NCBI GenBank assembly: GCA_965225735.1
Contig: CBDDBN010000025.1
Coordinates: 169,963 to 201,962 of the forward strand
Length of the DNA stretch: 32,000 nucleotides
From: Denitrobaculum sp.
GTDB taxonomy: Bacteria > Pseudomonadota > Alphaproteobacteria > Kiloniellales > Kiloniellaceae
Direction of reading: 5' to 3'
Below the pieces are notes generated by a model, which saw only the letters and a program-made list of their open reading frames with translations, made no database searches and was not told the DNA's origin. Below are positions 1 through 9,725 of this stretch, in pieces (position 1 is the first letter of the stretch; every line of letters starts with the position of its first letter). Made by a program: the position numbers and the translations under genes.

Positions 1-605
1 TCGGCCCAACCGCGATCGAGTGCAAAGGTTAGAACAGAGGCGCCGAGACTGCCGCCCAGATGGTGCCGGCGCTCACTCCAGTCGATACAACGGCGGCAGA
101 GAGGCCGTCGCTTCTTCGAAAGGCCCTCGATATCTATCCCGCGCAAGGCGAGCGCGGCCCTGCCCTCTGCGGTCAGATGCACGACCTCATCACGGGTTTG
201 GAGGATTCCGGCGTCATGCCATTGCGCGTAAAGCTGAACTGCCAGATTGCCTCCCAGATGATCGTAACAGGACCGAGCCCGCCTCATCGCTTTATCGCGA
301 GGTCCAGGGCGCGTCCGCATGTGACCGGTCCGCGCCGCCACAGTTACCAGCGCTTCTATGGCATGGGCGACATCGGGATCCGCTAGATGGAAGAAATAGT
401 GACGCCCCTGCTTTTCGCGCCAGACTAGGCCTGCCGCCTCCAGTCGCCCGAGATGCCCGCTCGCCGTAGCCGGTGTCACACCGGCTTCGCGAGCAAGCTC
501 CGTAGCCGTCAGTGCCATGCCAGACATCAGGGCCAGCAACATGTTTGCCCGGGCCGGCTCGCCAAGGCTGGCCGCAACCAGTGCGATGTCCGGTCCTTCT
601 TTCAT
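1..605 (-). CDS. ArsR-family winged-helix transcriptional regulator (3' end runs off the left window edge)
   Basis: Absent from the ORF track because there is no stop inside the window. Reverse-complement translation from the ATG at 605-603 reads MKEGPDIALVAASLGEPARANMLLALMSGMALTATELAREAGVTPATASGHLGRLEAAGLVWREKQGRHYFFHLADPDV... and stays open to position 1. This is an ArsR/SmtB-type HTH pattern. The gene is divergent from a LysE exporter. Confidence 0.75.
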   Translation of the reverse strand, partial: MKEGPDIALVAASLGEPARANMLLALMSGMALTATELAREAGVTPATASGHLGRLEAAGLVWREKQGRHYFFHLADPDVAHAIEALVTVAARTGHMRTRPGPRDKAMRRARSCYDHLGGNLAVQLYAQWHDAGILQTRDEVVHLTAEGRAALALRGIDIEGLSKKRRPLCRRCIDWSERRHHLGGSLGASVLTFALDRGWA

Positions 606-681
606 ATTTTGGTCATCACCAAACTATCCATCTGGCAAACTGTGCTAGCTTGCAGCCATTCGGTCAACCAGGAGCCCTGCA

Positions 682-1323
682 ATGGACGCAATCTCACTTT
701 ATCTGCCAGGCATTTTGCTCGCCTACACGGCTTTTCTGCTCTCAATCATGAGCCCTGGTCCGAACATCCTGGCCATCATGGGTACCTCGATGAGCAGCGG
801 CCGAACCTCCGGGCTGGCACTCGCGCTGGGCGTCTCCAGTGGTTCCGTTTGTTGGGCACTGCTGACGGTGACGGGGCTCTCCGCGCTCCTGGCGGCCTAC
901 GCCTTTGCCTTGACCGTAATCAAGGTCGCTGGCGGCCTCTATCTACTTTGGCTGGCTTACAAGGCCTTTCGATCCGCGGCATCGCGGCACGATATCGAAG
1001 CCAGCACATTGGATGGGAAGACGCTCAGCCCGCGCGGCTACTATCTCCGCGGCCTGACAATCCAGATGACAAACCCCAAGGCCGCTTTGGCCTGGATCGC
1101 GATCATCTCGCTGGGACTCCAGGCCGGCGCGCCGATCTGGGTTGCCGCGGCGATCGTTCTTGGCACCAGCTTCTTCTCAGTCAGCATTCACTGCCTCTAC
1201 GCCGTCGCCTTCTCGACGAAACCTATGGTGCGGATCTACGGACGCGCGCGGCGCTGGATTCAGGGTCTGCTCGGCGCTTTCTTCGCCTTCGCCGGCGTGA
1301 AGCTTTTGGCAACCAGAACCTGA
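682..1323 (+). CDS. LysE/RhtB-family amino-acid exporter
   Basis: 213 aa and polytopic. The N-terminus LLAYTAFLLSIMSPGPNILAIMGTSM is typical of the LysE/RhtB family. Paired divergently with a regulator. Confidence 0.85.
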   Translation: MDAISLYLPGILLAYTAFLLSIMSPGPNILAIMGTSMSSGRTSGLALALGVSSGSVCWALLTVTGLSALLAAYAFALTVIKVAGGLYLLWLAYKAFRSAASRHDIEASTLDGKTLSPRGYYLRGLTIQMTNPKAALAWIAIISLGLQAGAPIWVAAAIVLGTSFFSVSIHCLYAVAFSTKPMVRIYGRARRWIQGLLGAFFAFAGVKLLATRT

Positions 1324-1336
1324 CGGCCCGTTTGCT

Positions 1337-1765
1337 TCAGGCGGCAATCCTGCGGCGCAGCTTGCGAAGCAAGGCACCGATCAAGGGGAGTTTCTCGTAG
1401 ATCTGGCCGGCTGCGTCGTAGTGATCGATGTGTGCCGTCACCTTGCCGTCTTCTCCGAAGATAATCACGCTCATGCCCTCTATCGGCCAGACCTTGGACT
1501 TGCCACGCGGCGTGAGCTGAAATGCCCAATTGAGATAGGCCCGGTCGCCAGCGAAAGCATAGTCGAGCACCTTGAAGCTGTGGTCCTCGACATCCGCGAA
1601 CATCTTCTCAAAGACCTTCCGTACGGCCGACACCCCACGGGCATCGTTGAAGGGATCGCGAAAATGGGCATCCGGCGAGAACACCTGCCCGAAGCGCTCC
1701 AGATCGGCCGGCGCCAGATTTTCTAAGAAGGAAATGTAGTCGGCAACCGTACCTTCGGTGACCAT
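1337..1765 (-). CDS. NTF2/SnoaL-like family protein
   Basis: 142 aa. Size and sequence pattern (YISFLENL..., DPFNDARG, GDRAYLNW, IDHYD) fit the SnoaL/NTF2 fold. Function unknown. Confidence 0.65.
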   Translation of the reverse strand: MVTEGTVADYISFLENLAPADLERFGQVFSPDAHFRDPFNDARGVSAVRKVFEKMFADVEDHSFKVLDYAFAGDRAYLNWAFQLTPRGKSKVWPIEGMSVIIFGEDGKVTAHIDHYDAAGQIYEKLPLIGALLRKLRRRIAA

Positions 1766-1874
1766 TTGGCCGGATCTCCAATTATCTCGGTGTCTAGCTA
1801 TCGGACATCATACGCGCCGCAAAGCCAAGCAGATCTGCTCTCGCAAGAGATGCACTGGCGACGCTGCTGCTTGC

Positions 1875-3287
1875 TTAGAGGCCCAAGACAGCCTTCAACA
1901 GCAGACCCGCCAAAGAGCAAACTCCAAGAGTCTTGAGAACACCCAGTTTGAAACGGAAAAGCGCGACTGACGCGACCAGAACGATCCCCAGCGCAGGAAG
2001 ATCGAGGCTCGTGAGGAGGGGTAGATCGACGGATAGCCCCTGCCAGATAAGCGGCCGCACCTCAGAGAAAACCACCTGCAGGCCAAACCAAAGCGCGAGA
2101 TTTGCGATCACCCCAACGACCGCGGCCGTGATCGCCGCCAGCGCACCCGCAAGAGCCCGCTTTTCCTGCAGGCGCTCGATTGCCGGCGCCCCCAGAAAAA
2201 CGAAAGCGAAGCACGGTGCGAAGGTCACCCACAGTGTTAAGAGAGCCGCCGCCAGACCGCCTACCAGGCCAGAAAGACCGGCATTCGCCCCATGGCCTGC
2301 CAGGAAGCCAACGAACTGCAGCACCAGGATCAAGGGTCCGGGTGTCGTCTCTGCGAGCCCCAGGCCGGTGAGCATTTCGGTGGCGGACAACCAGCCATAA
2401 CCCTCAACCGCTTCCTGCGCGACGTAGGTCAGAACCGCATAGGCACCGCCGAAGGTGACGACCGCCATCTTGGAAAAGAACCAGGTCACATCCGCGTAGA
2501 CACCGGAATAGGGCAATAAAGCCACAAGTGGCGCCGCCCAGACGGCGAGGGCCAGGAAACCAGCCCGCCGTGCGCTACGCGCGAGCCTGCCCGCATAGCC
2601 AGGGTCGGCCTCCATGACGGAATCAAGCAGAGCTGGCGGTCCCGCCTTCGCCGATCCGTGCGCCCCGCCTGCAAACCATCCGGGCCCCAAAGCGCCGATC
2701 AAAGCAGCGCCAAGGACCACAACCGGAAAAGGCACCGAAAAGAGAAACAAAGCGATGAAGGCAGCGGCAGCAAGAGCCCAGGGAACCGCGCCTTTCAAAG
2801 CCCGCCCAGCCACCTTGAGCAAGGCTTCGAAGACGATGACCAGCACCGCGGCTTTCAGACCGAAAAACAAGGCAGCCACCACGGGCACATCGCCGGCGAT
2901 CACAAAGATCGCCGACAACGCAAACATCACCAGGGCGCCGGGAAGAATGAACAGTAAACCCGCGATAAGGCCACCCTTCGCCCCATGCAGCAACCAGCCC
3001 AGATAGGTCGCCAGTTGCTGCGCCTCAGGTCCAGGCAGCAACGAGCAGAAATTCAGCGCATGCAAAAACCGCCTGTCGCTGATCCAATTCCGGTCATCGA
3101 CGACCTCCCGGTGCATCAAAGCGATCTGGCCAGCGGGCCCGCCGAAGGACAGACAACCGATCCGCAGCCAGACCTTTGTCGCTTCGGTCAGGCTCGGCAA
3201 TTTGGCCTGCGAGCCATGATCAGAAGCCGGACCGCTGTCGGAAGTTGAAGACGAGGACATAGCGTTCGAACTCTGGTCCATTGTCAT
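1875..3287 (-). CDS. chrA: Chromate efflux transporter ChrA (two-CHR-domain type)
   Basis: 470 aa and very hydrophobic. Carries the CHR signature LSFGGPAGQIALMHREVVDDRNWISDRRFLHALNFCSLLPGPEAQQLATYLGW. The start overlaps the upstream chrB-like stop by ATGA (3284-3287). Confidence 0.9.
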   Translation of the reverse strand: MTMDQSSNAMSSSSTSDSGPASDHGSQAKLPSLTEATKVWLRIGCLSFGGPAGQIALMHREVVDDRNWISDRRFLHALNFCSLLPGPEAQQLATYLGWLLHGAKGGLIAGLLFILPGALVMFALSAIFVIAGDVPVVAALFFGLKAAVLVIVFEALLKVAGRALKGAVPWALAAAAFIALFLFSVPFPVVVLGAALIGALGPGWFAGGAHGSAKAGPPALLDSVMEADPGYAGRLARSARRAGFLALAVWAAPLVALLPYSGVYADVTWFFSKMAVVTFGGAYAVLTYVAQEAVEGYGWLSATEMLTGLGLAETTPGPLILVLQFVGFLAGHGANAGLSGLVGGLAAALLTLWVTFAPCFAFVFLGAPAIERLQEKRALAGALAAITAAVVGVIANLALWFGLQVVFSEVRPLIWQGLSVDLPLLTSLDLPALGIVLVASVALFRFKLGVLKTLGVCSLAGLLLKAVLGL

Positions 3288-4105
3288 GCCGCCACCGTCT
3301 CTGCTGACGGCCAGTCCCGAGTTTCCGGCCTGACGTCCCTGCGCCAGCGATAGAGGGCGTCATAAATTGCGAATGAGGCTGAAAGCTGCGCCAGATCGTC
3401 CGGATATATACGGGACAACCCGCGCACTGCGGCGAGGAGGCCAGCGGCTTCTGGTGCCTGCTCAAACTGCGCGCTCTCCGCGCCTCGAACGATTGTTGCC
3501 AACTGGGCGAGCGGATCGGACGTCAATCCAAGTTCGGCCAGCATGCTATCGAAGGCACATTGCTCATCACCGGCGCTCCCGAAGCCACCCTCGACAACGA
3601 ACGGAGCCGCGCCGAACTTTTCCGCAACACCCATCACTTCTTCCGGCGTGGCGAAGAGGATGACCGCGTCAGATTCGATAAAACGCCGGATCAGCCACGA
3701 AGAGGCGGTGCCGTCGACACCTGGACGCGCGCGTGTCACCCACAGCGTCCGTGCCTCGCCATCCCGTGGAGGCAATTTCGTGGGATCAACGGCCGGCATG
3801 CCGGCATCGGCCCAGCCTTCGAACCCCAGCGCCAGAGGCGCTGCTTCGATTCCTTCATGACGCAACAAAGCCGCGACACCCTGGCTGAGTTTCTTACCGC
3901 GATGACAGACGACAACGACCTTTCGACCGCGATAACACTCGCGCCAATCCTCGATATCCTTGTGACTGCGGCGGCGGGATGCGGGGATCAAACGCGGATC
4001 CAGCGCGAAGTCCTCATCGATGCGCACATCGATGATCGCGGGTGCGTCGGGCAAGCCGATCAGGCGGGAAAGTTGGTCGACGGAGATTTCAGATGGAGAC
4101 GTCAT
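3284..4105 (-). CDS. chrB: Rhodanese-domain / ChrB C-terminal-domain fusion protein (chromate resistance accessory or regulator)
   Basis: 273 aa. The N-terminal half looks rhodanese-like (IIDVR...VVVVCHRGKKLSQG). The C-terminal half carries the ChrB-type block LWVTRARPGVDGTASSWLIRRFI. RBS AAGGGAGGG lies upstream. Translationally coupled to chrA. Confidence 0.8.
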   Translation of the reverse strand: MTSPSEISVDQLSRLIGLPDAPAIIDVRIDEDFALDPRLIPASRRRSHKDIEDWRECYRGRKVVVVCHRGKKLSQGVAALLRHEGIEAAPLALGFEGWADAGMPAVDPTKLPPRDGEARTLWVTRARPGVDGTASSWLIRRFIESDAVILFATPEEVMGVAEKFGAAPFVVEGGFGSAGDEQCAFDSMLAELGLTSDPLAQLATIVRGAESAQFEQAPEAAGLLAAVRGLSRIYPDDLAQLSASFAIYDALYRWRRDVRPETRDWPSAETVAA

Positions 4106-4447
4106 AGCACGCCCTCCCTTTCGTTAAAGGCCAAGGACGCGATACTTGGGCTGACGCCTCACGGGGTGATCGCTAACCCCATGCTTATGGGGTAGCAACG
4201 GATCTGAAGGCTGTCAACCTGGAACGAATTTCGTCTCAGAACTTTCACATTTCGTTCAACAACGGCCCGGGAACTGCGCTGAAATGGCTGATTTCCGTAG
4301 TTTTGGATAGTCTGTGGGTTGAATAAGTTCGAGACGACGCGGAATGAAACGGTTATCGTCTCTGCGCATTTGAAACCCAGTTCCGCACGGTCCTGAAGGA
4401 ACAGGGCCGCAAGCAAACCTGTTGAGTATCAGCTTACCGGAAGTCTT

Positions 4448-5632
4448 ATGTCGCATCGGCGTTTCCTGTTCCCTGTCCTTGCAACCTGCCTGCTCGCTTC
4501 CCTCTTCAACACCCCTGCCCTCGCGCAGAACATCGACTACGAGCGGCTAGACCGCCGCCTGACCGCCTTGGCACAGGATGCGGGCATCGTCGGTCTTGCC
4601 GTGGCGGTCATTGAAGCGGGTGAGATCAGCTTCGAGCGCGGCTACGGTGTGACCAGGCTGGACGGCGACCCGGTGACACCGGATACGGTCTTCCGCTGGG
4701 CATCGCTCTCCAAAGGCGTCGCCTCAACGCTCGCCGCCAAGCTCGCATCGCAGGGTTCGATGGCGCTCACCGACAGCATTGGCAGCTTCGAGACTTCACT
4801 CCGGCTGCCCGGCGGCGCCGAGCAACGGGGCACGATCGAGAACCTTCTCTCTCACATGGTCGGCATCGTCCCAAACGCCTACGACACTACGCTGGAAGAC
4901 GGTCAGGACCCCAAGGAAATCCGGCGCAGCCTGGCGAAGCTCGATGCGGTCTGCCCGGTCGGCGACTGCTACAGCTATCAGAACGTCGCCTTCGATGCGG
5001 TTTCCGAAGTCGTCGAGGACGTGACACAGAAAAGCTATGCCGAAGCGCTCGCAAGCGAGCTCTTTGAGCCGCTGGGGATGAAGACCGCGAGCGTCCGCCG
5101 CGAAGATCTTCAGGGCGCAACTTCCTGGGCGGAACCTCACCGCTACTACCGTGGCAACGCGAAGGCCATGCGCCGCAAGGTCAAGAATGCCTATTACCGG
5201 GTTCCGGCCGCCGGCGGCGTCAACGGCTCGATCCGCGATCTCGCGCGCTTCGCCCGCGCGCAGATGGGGCTCGCGCCCGAGGTCATTCCGCAGGAAGTCC
5301 TCGACAACCTGCACACCCCGCGAGTTTACACCCGCAGCGAACAGCGGCGCATGAGCAGCCAGTATGGCGGGCATCTGCGCGATGCGCGCTACGCCTTGGG
5401 TTGGCGGGTTTACAAGTACGGTAAGGCCGGCACGCGCGTCGTCGGACATCGGGGCGCGGTGGACGGATATCGCGCAATGATTCTCTTCGACCCGGCCCTC
5501 GACACCGGTGTGGTCGCGCTCTGGAACTCCAACTCCCGCCGCCCCTCAGCAATCCAATTGGAGGTCATGGACATGGCCTACGGCCTGCCCGCCCGGGATT
5601 GGCTCAAGCTCGACAAGAAGGCGGCGCAGTAG
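4448..5632 (+). CDS. Secreted serine hydrolase, beta-lactamase (class C / PBP4*-like) family
   Basis: 394 aa. Signal peptide ends ...TPALA-QN. SxxK motif in WASLSKGV and YxN motif in YSYQNV. Confidence 0.85.
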   Translation: MSHRRFLFPVLATCLLASLFNTPALAQNIDYERLDRRLTALAQDAGIVGLAVAVIEAGEISFERGYGVTRLDGDPVTPDTVFRWASLSKGVASTLAAKLASQGSMALTDSIGSFETSLRLPGGAEQRGTIENLLSHMVGIVPNAYDTTLEDGQDPKEIRRSLAKLDAVCPVGDCYSYQNVAFDAVSEVVEDVTQKSYAEALASELFEPLGMKTASVRREDLQGATSWAEPHRYYRGNAKAMRRKVKNAYYRVPAAGGVNGSIRDLARFARAQMGLAPEVIPQEVLDNLHTPRVYTRSEQRRMSSQYGGHLRDARYALGWRVYKYGKAGTRVVGHRGAVDGYRAMILFDPALDTGVVALWNSNSRRPSAIQLEVMDMAYGLPARDWLKLDKKAAQ

Positions 5633-5652
5633 CGGCCAGAGGGGTCGGCTGC

Positions 5653-5820
5653 TTATTCTTTTTCTTTCCTGAAAAAGGGAATGAGAAACACGAGACAGGC
5701 GAGCAAGAAGAAGCCGCTGCCCAGCATCGCCCAGAAATCGCCGATACTGGCGATGAGAAAGCCGATGGCTGAGACAATAAAGAGAAGCCAGCCAAGGAAG
5801 TTGATCTGACGATTGGTCAT
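5653..5820 (-). CDS. Small two-TM membrane protein (55 aa), unlisted ORF
   Basis: Below the ORF-track size cutoff. Hand translation gives MTNRQINFLGWLLFIVSAIGFLIASIGDFWAMLGSGFFLLACLVFLIPFFRKEKE*, with two clear hydrophobic spans and a charged tail. The 63-aa ORF listed on the same strand in another frame (5604-5795) looks non-coding. Confidence 0.4.
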   Translation of the reverse strand: MTNRQINFLGWLLFIVSAIGFLIASIGDFWAMLGSGFFLLACLVFLIPFFRKEKE

Positions 5821-5894
5821 CCTGCTCCCTCCCCCCGGAGAACGAGAACGGATTGCGGTTCAGATCGTCACAGTGACCTATACCGCCCGGTCTC

Positions 5895-6590
5895 TCAAGC
5901 GAGAGCAGCCTGCCCTTGCAGCGGAACGGCACCGATGCTGCCCAACCGGCTCAGGCTCTCGCAAAAGCTCACAGCTGCGGCGACACCATCGATCACGGGC
6001 ACACCGAGATCCGCTGACATTTCCGCCGCCAGGCGCGCCATTCCCGCACATCCCAGCACGATCACATCGCAGTCGTCTTCCTCCAGCGCCCGCAAGGCTT
6101 CCGCGCGAATTTTGCCTTCGGTCTCGATATCCTGGGTCTCCAGCACCGGCACGGCCGAAGCCCGCACGGCGGCGCAGCGATTGCGAAAACCATATCGCTG
6201 GATGTTTGCCTCGATCACCGGCACGGAAACCGCGAGCGTTGTGACCACCGAGAAACGGCCGCCGAGCATTAGTCCGGCATGAAAGGCGGCTTCGCCAATA
6301 CCAAGAACCGGAACCGGCGAGCGGGCCTTCAGTTCTTCCAAACCGGTATCGTCGAAACAGGCAATGACAACGGCGTCATAGGCGCTGTTACCCGACAGCT
6401 GTTGGTCGAACAGCGCAAACAGTCCCGGGAGCGCCGCCTCCCCATCTGCCGCGCCTTGGATGGCCGCCGGCCCCTCAGATGGATTCATCGCTGTTATCGC
6501 AGTCCCCGGCAGCGCAACTTTGCACGCCGCCTGTTCGATGGCGGATGTCATCTCCGCGGTCGTGTTGGGATTGATGATCAACAGATGCAT
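5895..6590 (-). CDS. Asp/Glu/hydantoin racemase family protein
   Basis: 231 aa starting MHLLIINPNTT. Both catalytic-Cys contexts are present (VIACFDD and LGCAGM). It is the last gene of the ABC importer operon, 5 bp after the permease stop. Confidence 0.85.
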   Translation of the reverse strand: MHLLIINPNTTAEMTSAIEQAACKVALPGTAITAMNPSEGPAAIQGAADGEAALPGLFALFDQQLSGNSAYDAVVIACFDDTGLEELKARSPVPVLGIGEAAFHAGLMLGGRFSVVTTLAVSVPVIEANIQRYGFRNRCAAVRASAVPVLETQDIETEGKIRAEALRALEEDDCDVIVLGCAGMARLAAEMSADLGVPVIDGVAAAVSFCESLSRLGSIGAVPLQGQAALA

Positions 6591-6595
6591 AGCGA

Positions 6596-7429
6596 TCAGG
6601 CTTCCTCGACCGGACGCACATCGCCCTGCTTGCGGCGCAGCAGTCGGACGATCAGCAAGAAGCCGACGATGATCACGATGGAAAAGCCCGTCGTCAGCGT
6701 ACCCAGCGCATAGAGAACCGGAGAGGTCACGTTGGTTGTCATGCCCACGATCTCGAGGGGCAAAGTGTTATTCGAACCTGATGTGAGAAGCGTTCGTGCG
6801 AATTCATCGTAAGAGAGGGTGAATCCGAAGAGGCCGACGCCGATCAGGCTGGGCGCGATGATCGGCAGCACCACATGCCGGATGGTCTGCCACGACGTTG
6901 CCCCGAGATCTCGCGCCGCCTCCTCATAGGAGTTATCGAAGCGGTTAAAGACCGCGAACATGATCAGCATGCCGAACGGCAGTGTCCAGGTGAGCTGCGC
7001 CCCGAAGCCGGAGGTCGACCAGTGCACATCCCAATCGAGGATGTTGAAGATCAGACCGACACCGAGCGAAACCAGGATCGAGGGGATAATCAGGCTGGCG
7101 ATGATCAGATAGAAGACGACTGTGGAGCCTCGGAACCTTCGCCGGAAAGCGAGACCGCCCATCACCGAGACGACCACCGTGACCACCATGACCATCAGGC
7201 CGAGCGCGAAGGAGCGCCGGAACGAGCCCCAGATATCGCCGACCGCCTGGGTCTCGAAGAGATCCCTGAACCAATGCAGCGATACACCGTTCATGGGGAA
7301 CGTCAGGCCACCGTTCGGCCCCTGGAAAGACAGCAATCCGATGGTCAGAACAGGGCCGTAGAGAAACAGCACAAAGAGGCAGAAGAAGGCGGCCAGGAAG
7401 TAGAAAGAGCGCGGACGGCTATCCATCAT
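6596..7429 (-). CDS. ABC transporter permease (PotC-like)
   Basis: The track ORF (6596-7846) has a 139-aa Arg/His-rich N-terminal extension that overlaps the upstream permease in another frame. The realistic start is the MMDSRPRSFYFLAAFF... ATG at 7429, 5 bp after the upstream stop, giving 277 aa with multiple TM spans. Confidence 0.85.
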   Translation of the reverse strand: MMDSRPRSFYFLAAFFCLFVLFLYGPVLTIGLLSFQGPNGGLTFPMNGVSLHWFRDLFETQAVGDIWGSFRRSFALGLMVMVVTVVVSVMGGLAFRRRFRGSTVVFYLIIASLIIPSILVSLGVGLIFNILDWDVHWSTSGFGAQLTWTLPFGMLIMFAVFNRFDNSYEEAARDLGATSWQTIRHVVLPIIAPSLIGVGLFGFTLSYDEFARTLLTSGSNNTLPLEIVGMTTNVTSPVLYALGTLTTGFSIVIIVGFLLIVRLLRRKQGDVRPVEEA

Positions 7430-7434
7430 CCATC

Positions 7435-8361
7435 TCAGAGCTCCTTCCTGATATCGACAAAGCGCATCATGATCCCGATCATGAGCAAAACGGTGATGAG
7501 AAGCACCACGGCGCTCGCCGCCGCTGCCGGATACTGCAGCAACGCGATTTCGTTGGAGATGACCCGCCCGACAGAGGCGCTCTGGCCGCCGGACATGAAG
7601 CGGACAGTCACGAAGTCTCCCATGACCAGCGTAACCACGAAGATCGAACCGATCATGATGCCCGGCTTGGCCAGTGGGATGATGACGTTGGTCAGGATCT
7701 GGAACCCGCTGGCGCCGGCGTCGCGCGCTGCCTCGATGAGAGAACGGTCGATGCGCATCATGGTGTTGAAGACGGGTACGACCATGAAGAGCGCATAGAG
7801 ATGCACAAAGGCCAACACCACGGCGAAATCTGAAAACAGCAGCCACTCCAGCGGCGCGTCGATGATCCCCACCTCCATCAGCGCAGAATTGGCGATCCCG
7901 TTGCGCCCCAAAAAGGGGATCCAGGAAATCATGCGGATGACGTTCGAGGTCCAGAAAGGCACGGTGCAGACCAGAAAAAGCGCGATCTGGACCGGCAGGG
8001 ATCTGATGTGAAAAGCAAGAAAGTACGCAACGGTAAAGCCGATAAGCGTACAGAAAATCCAGGTCAGAATGACGAACTTGAAGGTCTTCAGATAGGTCGC
8101 CAGCGTGACCTTGGAGGTTAAGAGATAGCTATAGTTATCCAGGATAAAGGCCGGGAAGAAATTGTATTCGTTGTAATCCCAGAAACTCACCGCGACGATG
8201 GTGAGGATCGGCAATACGAGAAAGAACCCGAGGATCAGGATCGTCGGGCTGATCAGCATCCAGCTTCGGTCCGTCCGTTGCGCGGAGGACCTCAGAGATT
8301 GCTGCAGGTCGGTTCCCGGCACCTCCGCGGCGCCGGGAACATCTTTGGACAAAAGGCTCAT
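7435..8361 (-). CDS. ABC transporter permease (PotB-like)
   Basis: 308 aa and polytopic, with the binding-protein-dependent transport EAA-type loop (SLIEAARDAGASGFQ). Confidence 0.85.
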   Translation of the reverse strand: MSLLSKDVPGAAEVPGTDLQQSLRSSAQRTDRSWMLISPTILILGFFLVLPILTIVAVSFWDYNEYNFFPAFILDNYSYLLTSKVTLATYLKTFKFVILTWIFCTLIGFTVAYFLAFHIRSLPVQIALFLVCTVPFWTSNVIRMISWIPFLGRNGIANSALMEVGIIDAPLEWLLFSDFAVVLAFVHLYALFMVVPVFNTMMRIDRSLIEAARDAGASGFQILTNVIIPLAKPGIMIGSIFVVTLVMGDFVTVRFMSGGQSASVGRVISNEIALLQYPAAAASAVVLLITVLLMIGIMMRFVDIRKEL

Positions 8362-8374
8362 CTAAGCGATCGAC

Positions 8375-9667
8375 TTACGCGGCGATGAACTCGTTCCATT
8401 TGCGGACCATGTACTTGTTCTCGTCCATGACCGCGTTCCAGCAGGCGACCGCCCCCATGCGGTCGTAGAAGGATCCGCCGTCACGAACGGCGCCGGCCTT
8501 CTCCATAACTTTGCCCTGCGGATTGACGATATCTTTCTGAGCGCTCTTGCCCTCGAACCAGAAACCCCACTCGTCTTCGGTCATGAAGTTCTTGGAGGTT
8601 TCCGGCACGGCGGAGTAATAGCCCTGACGCATCAGGAAGCCACCGACCCAGCCGGAGAGATACCAGTTGATGTACTCATAGGCCGCATCGAGTTCGAGGC
8701 CCGAGAGGTTGGCGGAAAGACCGATACCGCCACCCCAGGAGCGATAGCCTTCTTTCAAAGGTTGATAGACGCAAGGGATGCCTTTGGAGCGCACGGCGGT
8801 AATGGCCGGCGACCACATGGATTGGATCACGACTTCGCCGGAGGCCATCAGGTTGACGCTTTCGTCGAAGGACTTCCAGAAGGCGCGGAACTGGCCGTTC
8901 TGTTTGGCCTCGGTGAAGATCGCCATGGTCTTGTCGATCTCTTCCTTGGTCATGTTGCCCTTATCGCCGTATTTGATCTCGCCCATGGCTTCGCAAACCA
9001 TGGCGGCATCCATGATACCGATCGAGGAGATATCCAGGATCGAGGCCTTGCCCTTGAACTCAGGATTGAGCAGTTCGGTCCAGCTCTCGATCGGACGTCC
9101 GATCAGGTCGGGACGAATACCTAGCGTATCGGCGTTATAGATCGTCGGGATCAGGGTCATCCAGCCGGATTCATTATCCACGAAAGACTTGCCGCCGGGC
9201 CCTTCCACGAAGCCCACGCTGTGCGGCGCGGTGCCCTGCGCGATGGTCGATTCCGGCGTCAGCTTGCCGTCGCGGAAGATGCCCACGATCTTGTCGTAGT
9301 TCTTGATCTTCGAGGTGTCCATGGCCTGCAGATTGCCGGCGCCCCAGACCTTTTTGCAGATCCAGTATTCAATATCGGCGATATCGAAGCTCTTCGGCTG
9401 CGTGGCCGCGCGTTGTGTGACGCTATCGGAATCCAACGCTGTCATTTCCAGCGTGAAGCCCAAATCTTCCTTCACCTTGGCCGCCACCTCATTGAGGTTG
9501 GAAACGCCCGTGCCGAACTGTCTCAGGGTAATGTCCTTGATGTTCTGTGCCCAGATGGTCGGAAAGCCTGTGACAGCACCCGAACCCAAGGCCACGCCGG
9601 CCGCAGCCGCGCTTCCCTTCAGAACGGCCCGGCGGCTGACACCCTTTTTGAAGTCCCCTGTTTTCAT
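8375..9667 (-). CDS. ABC transporter periplasmic substrate-binding protein (PotD/family-1 type) with Tat signal
   Basis: Start re-called at the ATG at 9667 (MKTGDFKKGVSRRAVLKGSAAAAGVALG...), preceded by AGGAG. SRRAVLK is a twin-arginine motif. The track's upstream 49 aa have no support. Confidence 0.85.
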   Translation of the reverse strand: MKTGDFKKGVSRRAVLKGSAAAAGVALGSGAVTGFPTIWAQNIKDITLRQFGTGVSNLNEVAAKVKEDLGFTLEMTALDSDSVTQRAATQPKSFDIADIEYWICKKVWGAGNLQAMDTSKIKNYDKIVGIFRDGKLTPESTIAQGTAPHSVGFVEGPGGKSFVDNESGWMTLIPTIYNADTLGIRPDLIGRPIESWTELLNPEFKGKASILDISSIGIMDAAMVCEAMGEIKYGDKGNMTKEEIDKTMAIFTEAKQNGQFRAFWKSFDESVNLMASGEVVIQSMWSPAITAVRSKGIPCVYQPLKEGYRSWGGGIGLSANLSGLELDAAYEYINWYLSGWVGGFLMRQGYYSAVPETSKNFMTEDEWGFWFEGKSAQKDIVNPQGKVMEKAGAVRDGGSFYDRMGAVACWNAVMDENKYMVRKWNEFIAA

Positions 9668-9725
9668 TGCAAGATCTCCTTGTATTGGATTGATTGTTTT
9701 AGATTTTCTGCTTCTGCGGCAGATC

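Noticed and set aside
1839-1850. 12-bp perfect palindrome AGCAGATCTGCT between chrA and the NTF2-like gene
   Set aside because: It has no loop and no T-tract, so it is not a terminator. It is isolated, with no second site. It may be an operator, but there is no supporting context.
7430-7846. 139-aa Arg/His-rich N-terminal extension of the track ORF 6596-7846
   Set aside because: It overlaps the 3' end of the upstream permease gene in another frame and has a non-protein-like composition. A proper MMDS... start at 7429 lies 5 bp after the upstream stop, so the extension is a high-GC open-frame artefact.
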